Shown here: one piece after another, positions 5,699-10,927 of the stretch
Layout: every line of letters starts with the position of its first letter
Position numbering within the stretch: the first letter of the stretch is position 1
IMG/VR virus record: IMGVR_UViG_3300045988_035751
Span: 1 to 10,927 of that record
Direction: 5' to 3' (one strand)
Length of the DNA stretch: 10,927 nt
Origin: a virus
Notes under the pieces: model-generated
Databases searched by the model: none
The model's input: the letters and a program-made list of their open reading frames with translations, nothing else
What the model was told of the DNA's origin: nothing
Program-made: the position numbers and the translations under genes

Positions 5699-6572
5699 CT
5701 TATACATAAAGTATCAAGAAGAAATAAAGAACAAAGACAAAAGCGTAAATGGCTACATTCGCAAAATGTTAGCCATAACACAAGCAATGTTTGTGTACAA
5801 AGGTTTACCCGAAACCTTACCACAAAGCAACCTTGAAAACCTTTTGCAGACCAACGGCAATGTTTTTGTAACAGAGGTAGGCGGCAAATTGTACGCTTTT
5901 ACTGGCGGACTTGGGGGTGTCCCCAACGCGTACAACGAAGCCACAGAATACATTGTAAGTAACCCCTATTTGCAACTAAACAAGTCGTACAAAATAGACG
6001 TTGAAGGCGTCCTAATTAAAAATGATAGTGGAGCAAACAGCCTTTTGCCAATCTTTGGTAAATATGGTGTGTTGTGTAGTGATACGCTTTTGTCGCTTAA
6101 CACGTGTTCTGTGTTGTCTCGTATCACCATGTTAATAAGTGCGAGCGATGACAAGACCAAACAAAGCGCGGACGATTTTGTTAACAAAATCATGCAAGGC
6201 GATTTCTCCGTGATTGGTGAAAACGCATTTTTTAAGGGGGTGAACTTGCAAAGTATCAGCACCCAAAGCGCCAACCAAATAACGCAACTTATTGAGTTAT
6301 TACAATACTTCAAGGCGAGCGCGTTTAACGAAATAGGGCTGAATGCAAACTACAACTTAAAGCGCGAGCGGTTGAATACAAGCGAGGTGCAAATGAATGT
6401 GGATGCCCTCAACCCCTACGTTGATAATATGTTGCAAGAGCGCAAAAAGGCAGTGGAAAAAATAAACGCTATGTTTGGCACTGAAATAAGCGTTGAACTT
6501 GGAAGCAGTTGGGCAATCAGAAAGAAGAAAAATAAAACACAAAACGAAGACGATGAAGATAATAAAAAATAA
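5682..6572 (+). CDS. Head-tail connector / portal (phi29 gp10-like upper collar), 296 aa
   Basis: Four segments parallel phi29 gp10. LPETLPQSNLENLLQTNG matches LPPTINPSFLEKSIHQFG. YNEATEYIVSNPYL matches YNQATVFRAANPVY. KRERLNTSEVQMN matches KKERMVTDEVSSN. ERKKAVEKINAMFGTEISVEL matches [21 protein letters not shown]. The phi29 sequence is recalled from memory. Confidence 0.9.
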   Translation: MAKKDNLYIKYQEEIKNKDKSVNGYIRKMLAITQAMFVYKGLPETLPQSNLENLLQTNGNVFVTEVGGKLYAFTGGLGGVPNAYNEATEYIVSNPYLQLNKSYKIDVEGVLIKNDSGANSLLPIFGKYGVLCSDTLLSLNTCSVLSRITMLISASDDKTKQSADDFVNKIMQGDFSVIGENAFFKGVNLQSISTQSANQITQLIELLQYFKASAFNEIGLNANYNLKRERLNTSEVQMNVDALNPYVDNMLQERKKAVEKINAMFGTEISVELGSSWAIRKKKNKTQNEDDEDNKK

Positions 6573-6717
6573 TACTTCTAATATTGGCGAAAATGGCGCT
6601 GAACAGGAGACAGAAACGGAGACAGAAGTAACAGACACCGAAACGGACACCGAAACGGACACCGAAACGGAAACAGAAACGGACGAAGAAAACGAAGAAG
6701 AAAATGAAAATAATTGA
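6553..6717 (+). CDS. Highly acidic 54-aa protein with a (Thr-Glu/Thr-Asp)n tract and an E/N-rich tail
   Basis: The ORF track gives 6493..6717. I prefer the start at Met21 (ATG at 6553), which cuts the overlap with the portal gene to 20 nt. It is the only coding explanation for the 131-bp gap at 6573..6703. The sequence is MKIIKNNTSNIGENGAEQETETETEVTDTETDTETDTETETETDEENEEENENN. Confidence 0.5.
   Translation: MKIIKNNTSNIGENGAEQETETETEVTDTETDTETDTETETETDEENEEENENN
6607..6681 (+). repeat. In-frame tandem repeat with 6-nt periodicity (GAN-ACN); the core is three perfect copies of GACACCGAAACG
   Basis: Perfect 12-nt units at 6634..6645, 6646..6657 and 6658..6669, flanked by variants gagacagaaacg and gaaacagaaacg. 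Confidence 0.9.
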
Positions 6718-7273
6718 CCTTTACCCCGACCCGAAACACGGCCTATTTACGGAGGTTTTTAAAGTTAACTATCCAACGGAATACGCGGCAATATTTGGCA
6801 ACCTTGATAGTGTCGGACTTGATACGCTTGTACTACTCAACTACAGCGAGCGCGAGTGCATTAACACCATAACACAAGCCAACGCAAATGAGTACATAAA
6901 AAATATAATTGCGTTGAGTGTTAACAATTGGGTACGCGTGGCAAATGCCTACAATGCCCAATATGATGTACTTAACCCTATACAGCAGCAGACAACGCGC
7001 GAGGATAAGACAACAGAAAACGCCAACAATAACAATACAAATGTAGCGTCTAACAAACCATATAACGCAACGGATTTTGTTGAGTACGACAAAGATAGTA
7101 CCACATACGACAATACACGTACTAACGATGTTACGAGTACAACAAAAGTAGTTGGTATTGGCTCAAAATCGCCAACGGACGAACTCACAAAAGAAATTGA
7201 ATTTAATTTGCAAAATTGGCGCAAAAGCATTATTTTTGCAATTATAAATGATATAACTAAATTAATATACTAA
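6704..7273 (+). CDS. 189-aa virion-module protein; candidate lower collar/adaptor or scaffold (function unresolved)
   Basis: Clean ORF between the portal and capsid genes. It has an N/T-rich central segment and a hydrophobic/helical C-terminus (ELTKEIEFNLQNWRKSIIFAIINDITKLIY). I recognise no diagnostic motif. Confidence 0.75.
   Translation: MKIIDLYPDPKHGLFTEVFKVNYPTEYAAIFGNLDSVGLDTLVLLNYSERECINTITQANANEYIKNIIALSVNNWVRVANAYNAQYDVLNPIQQQTTREDKTTENANNNNTNVASNKPYNATDFVEYDKDSTTYDNTRTNDVTSTTKVVGIGSKSPTDELTKEIEFNLQNWRKSIIFAIINDITKLIY
7207..7238 (+). promoter_or_regulatory. Bacteroidota-type promoter driving the major capsid gene
   Basis: TTTG at 7207..7210, a 20-nt spacer, then TAttTTTG at 7231..7238. 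The geometry and the TTTGCA...TTTGCAAT extension are identical to the promoter at 199..230. It lies 38 nt upstream of the ATG at 7276. Confidence 0.6.
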
Positions 7274-7275
7274 CA

Positions 7276-8448
7276 ATGGAAGTACAACAAATTTACACAC
7301 TGATAAATTCAGTATCTAAAGAGGTTTTAGGTAACTCCGCACTTGTTAGCGAGGATTTAACGGGGCTTGTCGACCTTGGTAACGAGGTTTTCAACCAAAA
7401 CGCGGTAGACAATTACGTAAAATCACTTGTTAACCATATTGGTAAGGTTGTTTTTGTAAATCGCCCCTACGCAGGTAAAATCCCCTCTGTACTTATGGAT
7501 GCCTGGGAGTTCGGAAGCGTCCTTGAAAAGATTAGCGCGGACTTACCCGAAGCCGAGGAGAATAAAAGTTGGGAACTAACGGACGGCACCGACTACTCGC
7601 AAGATGTATTCCACAAGCCACAAGTTACGGCAAAGTTCTTCAATTCTAAGGTAACTTTTGAAGTCCCCGTTTCAATCACCGAACGCCAGGTAAAAGAAAG
7701 TTTTTCTAACGCTGAGCAACTTAACGCGTTTCTATCGATGATTTACAACGCGGTTGAAAAGTCTATTACCATTAAGACTGATGCGTTAATTATGCGTACT
7801 ATCAATAACATGATAGCGCAAACTTTAATAGCTGATAGCACGGCCTTTGGTGGTGGTGATTCTGTAGACTACACAACCGCTAGCACCGCCCGTTGCGTTA
7901 ACTTGTTGAAGTTGTACAACGATAATAAGGGTACTACTTTGACGGCCGAAAAGGCACTCACAGACCCCGATTTTATCAAGTTCGCAAGTTACACGATTGG
8001 TTTGTACACTGATAGACTTGCAAGTATTTCGAGCGTCTTCAATATTGGCGGTAAGCCACGCTTTACACCGCGCGAAAACTTGCACGTTGTGTTATTGTCA
8101 GACTTTGAAAAGGCCGCCCGTGCTTACTTGTACAGCGATACGTACAACAAAGAGCAGGTACTATTACCTAACGCGGAAAGTGTTCCATTTTGGCAGGGCA
8201 GCGGTACAAAGTACGATTTCGCGAGCACGGCACACATCACAATCAAGGAGACGGGCGGCAAACCCGTTGATATTAGAGGTGTGTTAGGTGTTATGTTCGA
8301 CCGCGATGCCTTAGGCGTGTGCAACCTCAACCGCCGCGTAACTACTAACTATAACGCAAAGGCCGAGTTCTTTAATAATTACTATAAGTTTGATGCGGGC
8401 TATTTCAATGACACGAGCGAAAACTTTGTAGTTTTCTTCGTTGCTTAG
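7276..8448 (+). CDS. Major capsid protein (phi29 gp8-like, HK97-fold lineage), 390 aa
   Basis: Three segments parallel phi29 gp8. NYVKSLVNHIGKVVFV matches DFITSLVDRIGLVVIR. LNAFLSMIYNAVEKS matches FESFVSSIINAIYNS. The C-terminal FFNNYYKFDAGYFNDTSENFVVF matches [23 protein letters not shown]. The gene is flanked by its own promoter and terminator. Confidence 0.92.
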   Translation: MEVQQIYTLINSVSKEVLGNSALVSEDLTGLVDLGNEVFNQNAVDNYVKSLVNHIGKVVFVNRPYAGKIPSVLMDAWEFGSVLEKISADLPEAEENKSWELTDGTDYSQDVFHKPQVTAKFFNSKVTFEVPVSITERQVKESFSNAEQLNAFLSMIYNAVEKSITIKTDALIMRTINNMIAQTLIADSTAFGGGDSVDYTTASTARCVNLLKLYNDNKGTTLTAEKALTDPDFIKFASYTIGLYTDRLASISSVFNIGGKPRFTPRENLHVVLLSDFEKAARAYLYSDTYNKEQVLLPNAESVPFWQGSGTKYDFASTAHITIKETGGKPVDIRGVLGVMFDRDALGVCNLNRRVTTNYNAKAEFFNNYYKFDAGYFNDTSENFVVFFVA

Positions 8449-8469
8449 TTGTTAATGTTGTTGTTGATA

Positions 8470-8500
8470 GGTGGTGTAATATACACCACCTTTTTTATTT
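8470..8500 (+). terminator. Intrinsic terminator after the capsid gene
   Basis: A 9-bp stem GGTGGTGTA (8470..8478) / TACACCACC (8482..8490) with a 3-nt loop, followed by TTTTTTATTTT. Confidence 0.8.
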
Positions 8501-8507
8501 TACTACT

Positions 8508-8948
8508 ATGATATTATATAACTATAAGGGGCAACCTAACACCATAAGCAAAGCACTTACCCCGTTGGGTACGCTTAACGTTGCTTTGCGTCCCGAACTC
8601 AACGTGCATAATCCAACGTTAAAAATACAAATGCCGCCTAATATGTACGGGTTTAATTACGTGTACATTGAGGGATTCGGAAAATATTACTTTGTAGACA
8701 ACATTAGATACATAGGAGGGCAAACGTATTTACTCGCTTTGTCGCTTGATGTATTACAGACATACAAAGATGTTATACTGCAAAGTACCGCGCTAATAGT
8801 GGAGAGCGACAACGCAAACCGCGATTTGTCGGTAAATAGTAACGTGTTTAATGTTTTTCCTAAAACGGAAATATTAAACTTTCCTACTTCAAAACTCTTT
8901 GACACAGAAGGTAGTATTATAATGGTAACACTCAAAGGCAATAAATAG
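8508..8948 (+). CDS. 146-aa protein resembling the N-terminal domain of the phi29 gp9 tail knob (tail tube)
   Basis: FNYVYIEGFGKYYFVDNIRYIGGQTYLLALSLDVLQTYKDVILQSTALIVES parallels phi29 gp9 [58 protein letters not shown], recalled from memory. The TAG stop at 8946..8948 lies 1 nt before the next ATG. Confidence 0.75.
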   Translation: MILYNYKGQPNTISKALTPLGTLNVALRPELNVHNPTLKIQMPPNMYGFNYVYIEGFGKYYFVDNIRYIGGQTYLLALSLDVLQTYKDVILQSTALIVESDNANRDLSVNSNVFNVFPKTEILNFPTSKLFDTEGSIIMVTLKGNK

Positions 8949-8949
8949 T

Positions 8950-10773
8950 ATGGCAGATATAATAACAAACCAAATCCTACATACAACATTCACGTATACG
9001 GAGAGTGCCGGGGCGTATAATATAGTTAGTACCGCTGACACTGGTTTTTTGTTCGACAGCGCAACCACACCACGCGCCCGATTTGATGACGATTTTGGAG
9101 GGGGTAGCGTAAAGGGCAAAATATCTACAGACCTAAAAACGTGCAAATTTAGTGGTGTTAGCGGTACAAATATACGTTTAACTGGTGCTACTAAAGTAGA
9201 CCCCGATTCCCCCGCAGAACCAACGATAACAAACAATATAGTAAACACTACCTATACATATAGTGTAAGCGGTGGTGTACATACCATTGTAGTTACCGCT
9301 GATACTGGGTATCAATTCAACACCGCGCCTACTTGTGCGTACACTGATAGTTTTGGAGGTACCTCGACCGCTAACGGGGTAATAAGTACGAACAAAAGCA
9401 AGGCTACTTTTACCATAGATGACACTGCCAAAAATAGTGCTTTTAACCTTAACGGGGAGGTTGCCGAAAGTACGCCAACTATTACCATAACAAATAATAT
9501 AGAAGGCACATACGCTACATGTACGTACGATAATGGCACTTTCAACGTAACTATAAAAGGCACACAAAGCGGCTATGTTATACAAGCGGCCAACGTAACG
9601 TACACAGATACAGGCGGTGTCTCGCATACTGATGATATGACCATACCGAGCAGCGACACCGCAACCATAGCAATAACAAATGTAAATACTTCTGTGTCCG
9701 TGGTTATTAATGGTACTTATATTAAGGCTATACCCGTTAAAAATACTTTGTATAATTGTACATACGAAAATATACCAACGTATTACACCCCGAACGACAA
9801 AGTAAACGTTACAATACACGCAAAAGAGGGTAGCAAGTTTACAAGCGAGACAGACCCCCCCGAAATACGTTACACTGATGAGTTCGGAGGGGTACAATAC
9901 AAACGTTTCACGATTAGCGATGACGGCAAACAGGGTAGTGTTACACTTGATATCGCAACAGAATGCCCCAAAACTGAGTACATCGAATTTCGTGGAGGGG
10001 CGCAAGTTGAGGTACAGCCAAGTATTAAAAATTATGGCTCTATTAACGTGTATGTTGTAACGTTAGATAACCTTGACGCATTTAGCAAAAAGCGTTACTT
10101 CACGGAAAGCGGTACGTTTATAACGTACGAGCAAGATTTAAGCGAGTATATAAACCGAATTAAGCGTATTTATACGCACATACCAACAAAAGGTACTGAC
10201 CGAATAAAATGCGGCAACTATGACACCGAGATAAATGCCGAGCTACCCGAAAAGGATATAATAACCCTTGATTTTGGAGGTATCACAATACCACGCAAAG
10301 ATAACACCACACTTGACAAAGATATGATAATAGAGGTATTTTTGCCGTTCGTGGGTATTGTTAGTTTGTCTTCTGATTATGTCGGTAAAACTGTAAAGTT
10401 GGTGTACGATATAAATGTAATAAGCGGTGACGGGGTTTGTAAATTGTTGGATAGCAACGATTTACCCATACAATTGCATAACGTACAACCTAATACGGAT
10501 ATATTGTACACGACTTACAACACGTTCGTAATAGGTAGTGACAGGTGGGACGCTCAAAATTTATATGGCCTTGAGCCGTTTGTGCGGCTGAATTACTTTA
10601 CTAATGAGTACAGCGATACACGCGGCAATGACTACAAAAAAGTTGTACTTTCGCAATGTGCAAAAGGTTTTTATAAGTTTGACGAGATTGTAAATAATGA
10701 TATAGACAACGTGCCGAAAAGCGAATACAACGAAATTGTTAATTTATTGCAAAGCGGTGTATTTATAGATTAA
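8950..10773 (+). CDS. 607-aa tail protein with four N-terminal tandem beta-rich repeat domains and a gp9-like tail-knob C-terminal region
   Basis: It is the longest late ORF. The C-terminus [34 protein letters not shown] parallels the phi29 gp9 C-terminus [58 protein letters not shown] resembles the gp9 segment [25 protein letters not shown]. Confidence 0.88.
   Translation: [607 protein letters not shown]
8962..9999 (+). repeat. Four tandem protein-level repeats of about 80-88 aa within the tail gene
   Basis: R1 is 8962..9189 ([35 protein letters not shown]...FDDDFGG...LTGA). R2 is 9226..9459 ([35 protein letters not shown]...YTDSFGG...LNGE). R3 is 9481..9720 ([36 protein letters not shown]...YTDTGG...INGT). 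R4 is 9736..9999 ([12 protein letters not shown]...[14 protein letters not shown]...YTDEFGG...FRGG). Confidence 0.75.
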
Positions 10774-10779
10774 CGGCCT

Positions 10780-10798
10780 ATGCAAATAGCGTGCCAAA
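10780..10798 (-). promoter_or_regulatory. Inner right-end copy of the terminal motif (minus-strand TGGCACG-CTAT-TTGCA-T)
   Basis: The reverse complement of 10780..10796 is tggcacgctatttgcat, a full match to TGGCACG-N4-TTGCW. It faces inward and lies 70 bp from the right ITR copy (10850..10866). Confidence 0.4.
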
Positions 10799-10821
10799 TG
10801 CTTTTGGTACGCTATTTTTTT
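10790..10821 (+). terminator. Probable intrinsic terminator of the late operon, built from two terminal-motif half-sites
   Basis: CGTGCCAAA (10790..10798), a tgct loop, then TTTGGTACG (10803..10811). This gives a 9-bp stem with one G-T/G-U position, followed after 3 nt by a T7 run (10815..10821). It begins 17 nt after the tail gene stop. Confidence 0.55.
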
Positions 10822-10830
10822 GTTTCTTCG

Positions 10831-10927
10831 TGGAGGTTTGGCACGGCCTATGCAAAAAGCGTGCCAAACTCTGTTGGCGAATGTTAAAAATGTGTTGGGA
10901 AATGTTAAAAAGGGGTTTGTTGTGCAT
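10831..10927. repeat. Right inverted terminal repeat (97 bp, perfect)
   Basis: Exact reverse complement of 1..97. Confidence 0.97.

Larger units (their letters stand above)
1..10927 (+). mobile_element. Complete linear phage genome, phi29-like protein-primed podovirus type, bounded by ITRs
   Basis: A perfect 97-bp ITR sits exactly at both window edges. The module contains a protein-primed-type PolB, a gp16-like ATPase, a gp10-like connector, a gp8-like capsid and a gp9-like tail knob. All genes are on one strand. Confidence 0.85.

Noticed and set aside
6493-6572. A portal-to-acidic-tail fusion by a +1 frameshift or transcriptional slippage at the A-rich end of the portal gene (AAT AAA AAA TAA).
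   Set aside because: The acidic ORF is in the +1 frame and open across the overlap, so a fusion is formally possible. However, A6 is short for slippage, there is no classical shift site, and an in-frame ATG at 6553 gives a simpler explanation.
6357-6662. A minus-strand ORF beginning MSVSVSVSVSVTSVSVSVS.
   Set aside because: The SV repeat is the antisense reading of the GAN-ACN tandem repeat. The rest lies antisense to the conserved C-terminus of the portal gene.
7997-8287. A 96-aa + strand ORF in an alternative frame inside the capsid gene.
   Set aside because: It lies wholly within the conserved MCP frame. The product is Arg/Cys/Thr-rich low-quality sequence with no start context or promoter.
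9178-10005. A 275-aa minus-strand ORF, plus other minus-strand ORFs (for example 8889..9248, 9312..9563, 8687..8989, 5966..6313, 2945..3253).
   Set aside because: All are fully embedded antisense to well-supported + strand genes with recognisable homology. Their products are Cys/Tyr/Ile/Val-rich with no motifs. They are shadows of the sense frame in AT-rich DNA.
10780-10798. Resemblance of the terminal elements to adenovirus origin auxiliary sites: TTGGC...GCCAA (NFI-like) and ATGCAAAT (the Oct-1 octamer) at 10780..10787.
   Set aside because: The TTGGC/GCCAA spacing is 20 nt in the ITR, not the N5 that NFI requires. The gene content is unambiguously that of a tailed bacteriophage. I treat it as a coincidental or at most analogous architecture.
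1-10927. Alternative genetic code (TGA or TAG reassignment), as seen in some gut phages or Mollicutes phages.
   Set aside because: All long genes are uninterrupted under the standard code. TGA (885, 2114, 6717) and TAG (606, 8448, 8948) each terminate three well-delimited ORFs. Reading through the TAG at 8948 in frame hits another stop within about 25 codons.
1-10927. A search for tRNAs, CRISPR arrays, integrase/lysogeny genes and toxin-antitoxin or defence cassettes.
   Set aside because: I saw no cloverleaf-like conserved tRNA segments, no spaced direct-repeat array, no recombinase-like ORF and no spare coding capacity. The genome appears strictly lytic and minimal.

Overview
This window is a whole replicon, not a fragment. 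Positions 1-97 are the exact reverse complement of 10831-10927 (checked base by base), so it reads as a complete 10,927-bp linear dsDNA genome bounded by inverted terminal repeats (ITRs). I support 14 genes, all on the + strand and tightly packed, with ATGA-type start/stop overlaps at 882 and 2111. The gene set is that of a miniature phi29-like, protein-primed podovirus. It runs: small early genes; a candidate SSB and a candidate terminal protein; a family-B DNA polymerase with all exonuclease and polymerase motifs; a gp16-type packaging ATPase; a gp10-type connector/portal; an acidic Thr-Glu/Thr-Asp repeat protein; a 189-aa structural protein; a gp8-type major capsid protein; and a gp9-type tail-knob homologue. 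The tail-knob homologue appears split into a 146-aa and a 607-aa ORF, and the second carries four tandem beta-rich repeat domains. No gene has a Shine-Dalgarno sequence. Two promoters fit the Bacteroidota TTTG / TAnnTTTG architecture, so I infer a Bacteroidota host. Each genome end carries two inward-facing copies of a motif that matches the sigma-54 -24/-12 consensus and is built on a TTTGGCACG/CGTGCCAAA palindrome. I see no recognisable endolysin, tail fibre, integrase, tRNA or CRISPR array. Homology calls rest on motif recognition and my memory of the phi29 proteins; no database search was possible.
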